From Acidobacteriota bacterium (lineage in GTDB: Bacteria; Acidobacteriota; Vicinamibacteria; Vicinamibacterales; UBA2999): a stretch of DNA of 64,000 nt. Made by a program: the position numbers and the translations under genes. The stretch covers positions 8,986-72,985 of the forward strand of contig JBEGVQ010000167.1 in the NCBI GenBank assembly GCA_041178345.1. The letters run 5' to 3'. The notes beneath the pieces were generated by a model that saw nothing but the letters and a program-made list of their open reading frames with translations, had not been told where the DNA came from and ran no database searches. Shown in pieces: positions 25,573-34,118 of the stretch; positions within the stretch are counted from its first letter, which is position 1; each line of letters begins with the position of its first letter.

Positions 25573-26246
25573 AGCACTGCCAGTCGATAGACGCCGATGA
25601 ACCGCGGGTTCGACGCGAGGGGCCGCCAGCGGGTGGCGGGGTGTTGTGCGAGCGTGCCGAGGCGGACCTTGCGCACCTCGCCGGGGCCGTCATCGGCCGG
25701 GCCGGTGTGATACACGACCCAGTCATCGCCTTCGGCTTCGAACGCAGAGCGGCCGACAAACACCATCAGGTGGTCGGGCACCTGTTGTGCCGGTTGGCGG
25801 AAGTAGAGCAAGTCGCCGGGGCGCAGGGCCCGGGTGTCGCGGCCGAGTGGCCGGGTATTCAGCGCGATCAACGTCTTCGCGTCGGCAAACTCGGCATACT
25901 GCGCGTCGGGGCCATCGGTGACCCGAAAGAGCGGCCACCCGTGGGCGCCCGGCTTCGGCGCCGATCGCACGTCGGCATATTGGGGCGCAAACGGGAGTGC
26001 CGCGCGGCGCACCCACTCGGGCGTGTGCGCCCGCATGGCTTCGCGATAGGCGTGGCGAATCAGCGCGGCACAGTCGGCGACGTCCGGTGTGGTGCGCTCG
26101 AACTGCGCGTCGGCCAGCAACACAAACCACGATCGGAACGCGGCGCGATCGGATTCATCGGCGAGCCGCGCTTGCGCTCCGGCTCGGGAACCGGCGACCG
26201 ACGCGAGCAGGACCGCGAGAACAACGATGGTTTTGGAAGCCGACAC
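25569..26246 (-). CDS. DUF1175/YfaT-like secreted protein with NlpC/P60-style Cys-His-His layout
   Basis: FRSWFVLLADAQF, DCAALIRHAYREA, PGDLLYF, DHLMVFVG, VVYHTG, NPRFIGVYRL. The stop overlaps the A2M ATG (ATGA). A GTG start at 26246 (VSASKTIVVLAVLLASVAG) is preferred, because the longer ORF would translate the heptamer repeat. Confidence 0.65.
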   Translation of the reverse strand: MSASKTIVVLAVLLASVAGSRAGAQARLADESDRAAFRSWFVLLADAQFERTTPDVADCAALIRHAYREAMRAHTPEWVRRAALPFAPQYADVRSAPKPGAHGWPLFRVTDGPDAQYAEFADAKTLIALNTRPLGRDTRALRPGDLLYFRQPAQQVPDHLMVFVGRSAFEAEGDDWVVYHTGPADDGPGEVRKVRLGTLAQHPATRWRPLASNPRFIGVYRLAVL

Positions 26247-26280
26247 GGTGGTTCTCTGGGTAGAGTGGACCAGTATATTC

Positions 26281-26329
26281 CGACTCCTGACTCCTGACTC
26301 CTGACTCCCGACTCCTGACTCCCGACTCC
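26281..26329. repeat. seven tandem GACTCC[CT] heptamers (family F1) in the spacer upstream of the DUF1175 gene
   Basis: cgactcc tgactcc tgactcc tgactcc cgactcc tgactcc cgactcc. On the minus-strand mRNA this is seven GGAGTC[AG] units. Confidence 0.95.
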
Positions 26330-26340
26330 CGGCAGTGTCC

Positions 26341-26844
26341 TTACAGCTCGACGACAAAGCCGGCGAACTTGCCCGCCAGCCAGCGCTCGTGCAGGCGGCC
26401 GCCGTGGGCCTGGACGACGGCGATGGCGATCGGGAGCTGCCGGCCGGTGCCGCCGCGGCTGATGTCGACCGGGCGTTCTTCGAGGGTGCCGCGGCCGAGC
26501 GTCCGCGGCTGCACCACGACCTGCGCGGTGGTTCGCCCCTTGACCAGGCGCAGGTCGAAGCCCGCCGCGCCCGATTGCACCCGCGCGAGGGTCGCGATCA
26601 GGGTGCAGAACACTACGCGCATGCGGGCCTCGTCCAGTCGCAGGCGGACGTCGGTGGGGGCCACCACGTCGAGGTCGGTTGCAAAGTGGCCGGGCAATTC
26701 CACGGCCTGCACCGCCTGGTTCAGCACCGAGCGCAGGGACGTGCGCTTCAGCGCCACCTTGATGCGGCCACCCGTGAGGAGGGCCGGCCCGCGAAGCTCG
26801 TGGGAGGCCAGCAACAACAAGGCGGGCAAGGCAGATTCGGCCAT
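26341..26844 (-). CDS. stand-alone degenerate histidine-kinase-like protein (HisKA H-box retained, ATP-lid motifs lost)
   Basis: MAESALPALLLLASHELRGP is an H-box. The C-terminal part resembles HATPase_c (GGTGRQLPIAIAVVQAHGGRL) but has no N-box Asn and no DxGxG. No sensor or TM region. The start may be 26844 or 26859. Confidence 0.5.
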   Translation of the reverse strand: MAESALPALLLLASHELRGPALLTGGRIKVALKRTSLRSVLNQAVQAVELPGHFATDLDVVAPTDVRLRLDEARMRVVFCTLIATLARVQSGAAGFDLRLVKGRTTAQVVVQPRTLGRGTLEERPVDISRGGTGRQLPIAIAVVQAHGGRLHERWLAGKFAGFVVEL

Positions 26845-26930
26845 GGGTCTGGGGTCCATAGTCCCCCGAAACCCCGGACCCTTGCGAGGCGTCAAAAGCC
26901 AACACCGGTGCGGTATCATCGGCGGGGAGC

Positions 26931-27908
26931 TTGGCGATGTTGATTAAAAAGGCTGCAGACCTGCGCGAATCCGACGTGACCCCAAAGGAAACCTTCCTGC
27001 GGCGCCGCGAATTTCTCGCCGTGGCCGGCAGCACGGCCGTGGCCGTGGCCACCAACGGCCTGGGCCCGGTGTTCACGGGGACGGCCACCGCGCTGGCGCA
27101 GAACCCGTCGGCGCAGAAGCTGGCCAACCTCAAGAAGAGCCCGTTCAGCACCGACGAGAAGCTCAACTCGTACAAGGACGTCACGACCTACAACAACTTC
27201 TACGAGTTCGGCCTCGACAAGGCCGACCCGTCGAAGTACGCGCACACGCTCAAGCCCAGGCCGTGGAGCGTGGTGGTGGAAGGGCAGTGCGCCAAGCCCG
27301 GCACGTACAATATCGAAGACATCCTGAAGTACGCGCCGCTCGAAGAGCGTATCTACCGCCTCCGCTGCGTCGAGGCGTGGTCGATGGTGGTGCCCTGGGT
27401 CGGCTATCCGCTGAGCGAGTTCCTCAAGCGCTTTGAGCCGACGTCGAAGGCGAAGTACGTCGAGTTCCGGACGCTGGTCGACACGCGACAGATGCCGGGC
27501 CAGACCGAGCCGGCGCTCAACTGGCCCTACGTCGAGGGCCTGCGCATGGACGAGGCGATGCACCCGCTCACGCTGCTCGGCCTTGGACTGTACGGCGAAG
27601 TGTTGCCCAACCAGAATGGCGCGCCGATTCGGCTGGTGGTGCCGTGGAAGTACGGCTTCAAGAGCATCAAGTCGATTGTCCGCGTGCGCTTCGTCGAGAA
27701 CGAACCGATCAACACGTGGAAGCAGCAGCAGTCGTCGGAGTACGGCTTCTACGCCAACGTCAACCCGCAGGTCGATCACCCGCGCTGGACGCAGGGCAGC
27801 GAGCGGCGGCTCGGCGAATTCTTTCGCCGCAAGACGCTGATGTTCAACGGCTACGGCGACCAGGTCGCATCCCTCTACGCCGGGATGGATCTGCGCAAGA
27901 ACTATTAG
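26931..27908 (+). CDS. msrP: protein-methionine-sulfoxide reductase catalytic subunit MsrP (YedY)
   Basis: 325 aa. [17 protein letters not shown] is a Tat leader. NNFYEFG and [17 protein letters not shown] are typical MsrP blocks. Confidence 0.9.
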   Translation: MAMLIKKAADLRESDVTPKETFLRRREFLAVAGSTAVAVATNGLGPVFTGTATALAQNPSAQKLANLKKSPFSTDEKLNSYKDVTTYNNFYEFGLDKADPSKYAHTLKPRPWSVVVEGQCAKPGTYNIEDILKYAPLEERIYRLRCVEAWSMVVPWVGYPLSEFLKRFEPTSKAKYVEFRTLVDTRQMPGQTEPALNWPYVEGLRMDEAMHPLTLLGLGLYGEVLPNQNGAPIRLVVPWKYGFKSIKSIVRVRFVENEPINTWKQQQSSEYGFYANVNPQVDHPRWTQGSERRLGEFFRRKTLMFNGYGDQVASLYAGMDLRKNY

Positions 27909-28516
27909 TGACGCAAACGCAATGGCGGCGACGGGTGTTCAAGCCCGCCGCCTGGCTCGCCTGCCTGGCGCCTGCCGCGCTGTTGGTCTACCACGGCTTC
28001 CAGAGTGAGCTCGGCGCCAATCCGGTCGAAACCATCACCAACAGCACCGGCATCTGGACGCTGCGGCTGATCGTGATCGGCCTGGCGATCACGCCGCTGC
28101 GGTGGGCGAGCGGGCTCAATCAACTGATCAACTACCGGCGCCTGATCGGCCTGTTTGCGTTCTTCTACGGCACGCTGCACTTCCTGACTTACTTCATCCT
28201 CGACCACCAGCTGCAGTTCACCGGGCTGTGGGACGATGTCGTCAAGCGGCCGTACATCACTGCGGGGTTCACCGCGTTCGTGTTGATGATTCCTCTGGCG
28301 ATCACCTCGACCGGCGGCTGGATTCGCCGCATGGGCGGCCGGCAGTGGAACCGGCTGCACCGGCTGATCTACATCACGGCACTGGCTGCGGTGCTGCATT
28401 ACTTCTGGAAGGTAAAGCTGGATGCCACGTATCCGGTCTACTACGGCATCGGTGTGGCGGTCCTGCTTGGCATCCGCCTATGGCTTCAGTACCACCGCAA
28501 GCCGGCGTCACAATAG
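27908..28516 (+). CDS. msrQ: MsrQ (YedZ) heme-binding membrane subunit
   Basis: The GTG start overlaps the msrP TAG by 1 nt. KPAAWLACLAPAALLVY...RRLIGLFAFFYGTLHFLTY, with about 6 TM segments. Confidence 0.85.
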   Translation: MTQTQWRRRVFKPAAWLACLAPAALLVYHGFQSELGANPVETITNSTGIWTLRLIVIGLAITPLRWASGLNQLINYRRLIGLFAFFYGTLHFLTYFILDHQLQFTGLWDDVVKRPYITAGFTAFVLMIPLAITSTGGWIRRMGGRQWNRLHRLIYITALAAVLHYFWKVKLDATYPVYYGIGVAVLLGIRLWLQYHRKPASQ

Positions 28517-28583
28517 CTGATTGGTGGCAAACCCTTCCTGGGGTTGCCTGGCTCGACTTTCCGCCACCCCGCGCGCAAAGCAG

Positions 28584-29156
28584 CTACTTGGACGGCAGCG
28601 TGCCGCCTTCGGCAAGCGTCTTGATGTTCTGGATCGCGCGGGTGAAGACGGCGGTGCGCGACGCCTTGTCCTTCTCCCGCGCCGCATCGTCCGGCAACAT
28701 CGAGTTGTCGTAGATCAGCGTGTAGTAGAGGCGCGACGTCTTCGGCGTCACGGGGCGGACTTCAAGCGTGCCGTGATACAGGTTGTAGGGGCGGCCGGCC
28801 CGCACGGTTTGCGTGTAGGTGTACGAGAACTCGGTCTTGCCGACCAGCACTTCGTTGGCCACGGACCGCACCGCGCCGATCTCACCATCAACGCCCGACA
28901 GGATCTTGCAGCCCGCCGGGATCTGCAGCCACTCGGCGATGTCGCAGTATTTGCCAATGCGCTTCCACACCTCGGCGGCCGGCCGGTCGATGGCAATTTC
29001 CAGCGGGATCGAGATGTAGGTCGGGTTGTCGACGACGATGTTGGCGTTGGGGTTGGCGGGTGGCGCAGCGGCGGCCGGCGCCTGTGCGGCGGCGGTGAGC
29101 GGGAACGTGGACAGCAGCGCCACGGCGACAACGGTGTGAGCGAGTGTTCGCATCAA
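28584..29156 (-). CDS. secreted SRPBCC-fold protein
   Basis: 190 aa with a signal peptide. AAEVWKRIGKYCDIAEWL...GAVRSV resembles polyketide-cyclase/SRPBCC proteins. Confidence 0.55.
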   Translation of the reverse strand: MMRTLAHTVVAVALLSTFPLTAAAQAPAAAAPPANPNANIVVDNPTYISIPLEIAIDRPAAEVWKRIGKYCDIAEWLQIPAGCKILSGVDGEIGAVRSVANEVLVGKTEFSYTYTQTVRAGRPYNLYHGTLEVRPVTPKTSRLYYTLIYDNSMLPDDAAREKDKASRTAVFTRAIQNIKTLAEGGTLPSK

Positions 29157-29227
29157 TCCTCCGCGGGGAAGACTACACGATCATTGGCAGTTTGCGTTTG
29201 ATGTGTTAGTATCGGTCTCTTCCTTGT

Positions 29228-29304
<77 letters not shown>

Positions 29305-29351
29305 ACTTTCAAGCCAACATCGTAACCTCGGCAGAAAGTGGAGCCAAGTCA

Positions 29352-29558
29352 ATGACCGGAACAATCAAGACGCTACGAGCAGACAAGGGATTCGGCTTTA
29401 TCCGGGATACGTCTGGTAAAGAAGTGTTTTTCCACGCCAGCGCCATCTACGGGGAGGGCATCGACAACCTGCGCGAGGGCGATGGTGTCGAGTTCGATCT
29501 CAGCGAGGACGGCCCGAAGGGACCTCGGGCCACGAACGTCCGGCGAACGACGACCTAG
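29352..29558 (+). CDS. cold-shock protein (CspA family)
   Basis: 68 aa. GTIKTLRADKGFGFIRD...EVFFHASAI carries the RNP1 and RNP2 motifs. Confidence 0.95.
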   Translation: MTGTIKTLRADKGFGFIRDTSGKEVFFHASAIYGEGIDNLREGDGVEFDLSEDGPKGPRATNVRRTTT

Positions 29559-29796
29559 TGATTCCGACGCGCCTTCCTGCCGGCAAGCCTTCGACCCGCG
29601 GTGGTGCCGCTTTCTCGCGATAACTCGTGGTCGGTCAGTGCCCAGTGCGCGGCCGCAAGGCCCACACCCGATTCGGTCGCGTGCCGCCGCTGGCGGTGAA
29701 CCCCAGGTGGCCGGCCTCCCGTTGCTCAACGAGGCCAGCACTCGCGACGGCCGTGATCGGCGCCGTCGCCCCTTGCTCGTCCGCCACCAACACAGA

Positions 29797-29946
29797 CTAC
29801 GGCTGGTATTCGCGCGCGGTGATCTTCTCGCGGACGCCGTCGCTGTCGCCCGGCTTCATCTGCCGGAACTCCCGAATCGTAAAGGTCAGCCCGCCCACGA
29901 ACAGGCCGAAGGTCCCCACGCCGATGGTGAAAATCCAGAGGTCCAT
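29797..29946 (-). CDS. 49-aa single-TM micro-protein (pair 1, member B)
   Basis: Hand translation: MDLWIFTIGVGTFGLFVGGLTFTIREFRQMKPGDSDGVREKITAREYQP*. 44 of 48 codons end in G or C. GAGG lies about 9 nt upstream. It starts 3 nt after the stop of the 60-aa ORF and is below the ORF-track size cutoff. Confidence 0.45.
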   Translation of the reverse strand: MDLWIFTIGVGTFGLFVGGLTFTIREFRQMKPGDSDGVREKITAREYQP

Positions 29947-29949
29947 GGC

Positions 29950-30132
29950 CTATCGCCTCGTTGCCCGAAGCTGGATGTAAATGCCGGCTGCGAGGATCGA
30001 AGGGACCCACAGACCGACGTAGAGGCCGGCCTCTCGAGTGGGCGGCCCAAAGGCCCCAAACCACAGGGAGATGGAGAACAAGAATGAGATGAACGCCGCG
30101 CCGAGAATCATGAAATCTTGAATTTTGAACAT
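29950..30132 (-). CDS. 60-aa two-TM micro-protein (pair 1, member A)
   Basis: MFKIQDFMILGAAFISFLFSISLWFGAFGPPTREAGLYVGLWVPSILAAGIYIQLRATRR. An AGGTGA/AAGG SD-like sequence lies upstream. Confidence 0.5.
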   Translation of the reverse strand: MFKIQDFMILGAAFISFLFSISLWFGAFGPPTREAGLYVGLWVPSILAAGIYIQLRATRR

Positions 30133-30365
30133 GCCCTAGCCTTTCACCTGAAAGCGACCACTTCCCGGGTTAGACCCTCGAAGCACGGCGCGCGATTCAG
30201 CTGAACTGTTGGAACCGCCGTCGACCATAGCGGCGTCTTACCGGGGTGGCAAAACTGACCGGGTGGCTGGTGGGGCTGCCGCGGCTCGTCGAGCTCGGAA
30301 ACGCGAGCGCGATGGTCCGGTCTAGCGGCGTGATAGCGTTGGCCCTGACGGTGGCCCCGCGATGA

Positions 30366-30710
30366 TCAGTGTGTCAGCCAGCACCAGACGATGAAGAGGT
30401 TGAGGCCCATCAGCACCAGGGCTGGCAGGGTCTGGGCGAGTGAGTCGAGCACGCGGATGCGGGTGGCGATGCCGGCCAGCATCATCAGGGCAAGACCGCC
30501 CGCGCTGAGCGGCACGAGGGGCGGCCAGAGCAGGCCGACAATCAAACCCAGCGCGCCGAGCGCCTCGAGTGTGCCCGTGAGGATGCGAAGGCGACTGAGG
30601 CCGAATCGCTCGAAGTCACGCTTCATTCCGTCCAGGCACAGGCACGCGATGCCGTAGAACAGGAACACGGCGGACGACATGACGATCGACGCATAACAGG
30701 CGCCCGTCAT
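30366..30710 (-). CDS. DoxX-like small membrane protein
   Basis: 114 aa, 4 TM. The ...[20 protein letters not shown]... pattern is typical of DoxX-like proteins. Confidence 0.6.
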   Translation of the reverse strand: MTGACYASIVMSSAVFLFYGIACLCLDGMKRDFERFGLSRLRILTGTLEALGALGLIVGLLWPPLVPLSAGGLALMMLAGIATRIRVLDSLAQTLPALVLMGLNLFIVWCWLTH

Positions 30711-30767
30711 CGCGCGTCCATTTCCAGCCAGCGACGTCGGAGATTAGTCATTGTTGAGGAGGAACCC

Positions 30768-31142
30768 ATGATGGAGTGGTTGTCACTGTCGAGTGTGCTT
30801 CAAATAATTGTCGGACTCGGGCTGCTGAATGTCTGGCTGGTGCGCGGACGCTCCTCCACATCGTATCGCGGCGGCGCCGCGCAGACGCTGCAGGCCGAGT
30901 TTGCAGCCTACGGCCTTCCCGGCTTCGCCTTCTACGTCGTGGGCGCACTCAAGATCAGCGCCGCCATCGTCCTGATTGCCGGCGTGTGGCTCGCGCTCCC
31001 AGCCCGGGAGGCAGCGGCGCTGGTCGCCGTGCTCATGATTGGTGCGCTTGCCATGCACCTGAAGGTCGGCGACCCGCCGATGAAGTCGCTCCCCGCGGCG
31101 CTGATGCTCGTGATGAGTGTCGCGATCGCCGCCCTGCGCTAA
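30768..31142 (+). CDS. DoxX-like small membrane protein
   Basis: 124 aa, 4 [18 protein letters not shown]...[14 protein letters not shown]. Confidence 0.6.
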   Translation: MMEWLSLSSVLQIIVGLGLLNVWLVRGRSSTSYRGGAAQTLQAEFAAYGLPGFAFYVVGALKISAAIVLIAGVWLALPAREAAALVAVLMIGALAMHLKVGDPPMKSLPAALMLVMSVAIAALR

Positions 31143-31166
31143 CGCCATCGGCGTGGCCAATGCGCC

Positions 31167-32870
31167 GTGTCTGAATCATCCGTAGCCATGCCACGCACTG
31201 CCGCCCACGACGCCCGCCACTCGTCGCGTGAACGCACGACGGGGCGTCTAGTGATCGTCTTTGGCGATCAGCTCGACCCGGATGCGGCACTCATGCGCTC
31301 GCTGGCGCCGGACGACACCATCCTGATGATGGAGGTCGCCAGCGAGTCGCGCCATGTGCCCAGCCACAGGCAGCGGACGGCCCTGTTCCTGTCGGCGATG
31401 CGCCACTTCGCCGCCACGCTGACGCGGCGGCAGGTTCGCGTCCGGTATATCGCGCTTGACGACCCCGGGAACACCGGCGCGTTCGAGACGGAGATCGCGC
31501 GAGCGGTCGCCGCGCTCCGTCCGACTCAGCTCGTCTGTACTCACCCGGGCGAGTGGCGGGTGCTGGCGATGCTTGAGCGGGTCGGCGACTCGACGGGCAT
31601 TCCGATCAGCATGCTGCCCGACGAGCACTTCATCACCACACCGGAGGAGTTTGCCGCCTGGGCCAAGGACCGCGCGTCGCTGACGATGGAGTTCTTCTAC
31701 CGCGAGCAGCGCCGCAAGACCGGCTATCTGATGGAAGGCACGGGCAAGAGCGCCAAGCCCGCAGGTGGCGAGTGGAACTTCGACAAGGAGAACCGGCTGC
31801 CCTTCGGCAAGCACGGCCCGAGTCCGCGGCCACGGCCGCCGCTCGCCTTCGCGCCCGACGCGACCACCCGCGCGGTGTTGGCAGCCATGACCCGTACGCT
31901 CCCCGATCTGCCCGGCGCGGTCGAGGCCTTCATCTGGCCGGTGACGCGTGAGCAGGCCCTCGCCGCCCTCGACGACTTCATCACCCATCGTCTGGCTCAG
32001 TTCGGCCCCTTCGAAGACGCGATGTGGACCAACGAAGCCACGCTCTACCACTCGACGCTGTCAAGTTCGCTCAACCTCAAGCTGCTCAATCCGCGCGAGT
32101 GCTGCGAGCGGGCCATCCAGGCCTATCAGGCCGGCGAGGCGCCCCTGCAATCGGTCGAGGCATTCGTGAGGCAGATCATCGGCTGGCGCGAGTTCATCCG
32201 CGGCGTCTATCACCTCGAAGGCCCTCCCTATGCCGATCGCAACGGCCTTGATCAGCACGGCAAACTGCCATCGTTGTATTGGACTGCCGAAACCGATATG
32301 GCCTGCATGAAGGCCTGCGTGGGGCAGGTGCTCGAGACCGGCTTCGGCCACCACATCCAGCGCCTGATGGTCACCGGCAACTTCGCCCTCATCAGCGGCG
32401 TCCACCCGCGAGCCGTCAGCGACTGGTATCTCGGGATGTTTGTCGATGGCGTGGACTGGGTGACGCTCCCTAACGCGCTCGGCATGGTCATGCATGCTGA
32501 TCGGCGCCAGGGCGCGGCCACGGGGGTCACCGGACTGGTCGGGACCAAGCCCTACGCCGCCAGCGGCAAGTACATCCAGCGGATGAGCAACTACTGCACC
32601 ACATGCCGCTACGACCCCGCCGAACGCAGCGGCCCTGCCGCCTGCCCGGTCACGGTCTTCTACTGGGACTTCTTGCTTCGCACCCGCCAGACGTTCGCAC
32701 CGAACCAGCGGATGGCGATGATGCTGAAGAACGTTGACCGACTGACACCTGACGCCCGCGCCCAGATCGCGATCAGCGCAGACCTGCTTCGTCGCAAGCT
32801 TGGGATTGACAGGGACGACGCGGCACCAGTGGCGGCGCCGGCCGAAAACGGCTCCGGCGCGAAGGTCTGA
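31167..32870 (+). CDS. FeS-containing bacterial cryptochrome/(6-4) photolyase (PhrB/CryB, COG3046-type)
   Basis: 567 aa. LVIVFGDQLD N-terminus. Cys cluster CTTCRYDPAERSGPAAC (C-x2-C-x12-C) plus the upstream ACMKAC, matching the 4Fe-4S ligand spacing of this family. Confidence 0.85.
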   Translation: MSESSVAMPRTAAHDARHSSRERTTGRLVIVFGDQLDPDAALMRSLAPDDTILMMEVASESRHVPSHRQRTALFLSAMRHFAATLTRRQVRVRYIALDDPGNTGAFETEIARAVAALRPTQLVCTHPGEWRVLAMLERVGDSTGIPISMLPDEHFITTPEEFAAWAKDRASLTMEFFYREQRRKTGYLMEGTGKSAKPAGGEWNFDKENRLPFGKHGPSPRPRPPLAFAPDATTRAVLAAMTRTLPDLPGAVEAFIWPVTREQALAALDDFITHRLAQFGPFEDAMWTNEATLYHSTLSSSLNLKLLNPRECCERAIQAYQAGEAPLQSVEAFVRQIIGWREFIRGVYHLEGPPYADRNGLDQHGKLPSLYWTAETDMACMKACVGQVLETGFGHHIQRLMVTGNFALISGVHPRAVSDWYLGMFVDGVDWVTLPNALGMVMHADRRQGAATGVTGLVGTKPYAASGKYIQRMSNYCTTCRYDPAERSGPAACPVTVFYWDFLLRTRQTFAPNQRMAMMLKNVDRLTPDARAQIAISADLLRRKLGIDRDDAAPVAAPAENGSGAKV

Positions 32871-32891
32871 CAGGCAACGCCTGGGGACTCG

Positions 32892-34118
32892 CTACTGTCG
32901 TTCCGGGCTCCTGGCCTGTCCCGCGAAGGCCTGCGCGAGTGTGATCGCCAGCGCGTGGGTATCTGCGTAAGAGGTGTTCGATGTGACGGCGACGACGAGG
33001 CCGTGCTCGGGAAATGTCTGGAACGACATCGCCATCCCGCCCAGCACATTCCCGTCGTGACCGACGCCGAGGGTTGGTTTGCCAGACAGCTCGACGGACT
33101 CGAGATCCCAGCCGAGCCCGTAACCCGTATCCTCACCTGACGGGAGCCGCAGCGAGGTCTGCAGCAATTGCACCGTCGCCGGCTGCAGCAGCTTGCCGCT
33201 ATTGAGCGCCATTCCGAAACGCACCAGGTCGGATGGCGTGGACAGGAAAGCGCCGGCGCCGGCGTAACACGACAGGTTGAGCGGCCGCATCACGTCCGGG
33301 CCGTAGCGCGGGTCGCCCGCGAACTTGGGGAAGTAGTCGGTCGTGCGCTCGGGGCCCGGTCCGGCTTCGAAGTCGGCCTCCGTGTGGTCCATGCCCAGCG
33401 GCGCGAAGACCTGCTTGCGCATGAACGACAGGAAGGATTCGTCCGCTGCCGCTTCGACCGCCGCGCTCACGAGGATCCAGCCAAAGTTCGAAAACTGGTA
33501 TTGGGTTCCCGGTTCGAACCGCTGCTCGTGGCCGAAGTGCGGCAGCGCCTCGGCCGGCCGATCGCATTGCTCACCGAACAGCGGTCCTTCGTCGCCGCCG
33601 TCGCTCCGGATGCCGGCGAGATGTCCCATCACCTGGCGCAGGGTCGCGGGCCACTGGGTCGGCGTGAACTCCGGCACGTAGGTCTGGATCTGCTCGTCGA
33701 GCGTCAGGCGATCCTTCTCGAGCAACAGGCCGACGGCGGCCGAGGTGAGCACGATGGAGGCGGTGCCGATCCGGAACCGCGTCTCTGGCGACACGGGCAC
33801 TTTGTGATCGAGGTTCGCCCAGCCGAAACCCTCGGCCCAGACGAGCTCGCCACCGGCGCCAACCGCCACCGACACGCCCGGCAGGTTATGTTCGGCGAGC
33901 GCCGCGCGGACCGCGTGCCGTCCCTGTTCGGCCGCGCTAGTCCACTGTTGCAGCGGCGCCGCACTCGCCACCGAGGTGACGTCCTGCGCGCTGGGGTGCA
34001 GGACCGGCGCTGTCGCGCTGGCGTAAACAAACAGCCCGAGGATGGCCGTCGGCACAAGGCCGATCCCGACGACTACCAGCGTGAGCCCGATCGTGGTCCA
34101 CTTGCTCTTGGTCGTCAC
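32892..34118 (-). CDS. beta-lactamase/serine-hydrolase-fold protein with substituted catalytic motifs
   Basis: The GTG at 34118 overlaps the mpaB-like stop (GTGA). One N-terminal TM. The fold blocks are present, but SxxK reads S-I-V-L (RIGTASIVLTSAAVGLL) and Y-x-N reads F-S-N (PGTQYQFSNFGW). Confidence 0.75.
   Translation of the reverse strand: MTTKSKWTTIGLTLVVVGIGLVPTAILGLFVYASATAPVLHPSAQDVTSVASAAPLQQWTSAAEQGRHAVRAALAEHNLPGVSVAVGAGGELVWAEGFGWANLDHKVPVSPETRFRIGTASIVLTSAAVGLLLEKDRLTLDEQIQTYVPEFTPTQWPATLRQVMGHLAGIRSDGGDEGPLFGEQCDRPAEALPHFGHEQRFEPGTQYQFSNFGWILVSAAVEAAADESFLSFMRKQVFAPLGMDHTEADFEAGPGPERTTDYFPKFAGDPRYGPDVMRPLNLSCYAGAGAFLSTPSDLVRFGMALNSGKLLQPATVQLLQTSLRLPSGEDTGYGLGWDLESVELSGKPTLGVGHDGNVLGGMAMSFQTFPEHGLVVAVTSNTSYADTHALAITLAQAFAGQARSPERQ

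Noticed and set aside
26281-26329. Tandem repeats considered as CRISPR arrays (here and at the other repeat loci)
   Set aside because: Units are 7-9 bp, directly abutting, with no spacers. There are no cas genes in the window.
26060-27184. 374-aa minus-strand ORF spanning the DUF1175 start, the kinase-like ORF and the msrP start
   Set aside because: It crosses three better-supported features in the wrong frames and would translate the heptamer repeat.
29373-29741. 122-aa minus-strand ORF
   Set aside because: Half of it is antisense to the cold-shock gene. It has no motif and shadow composition.
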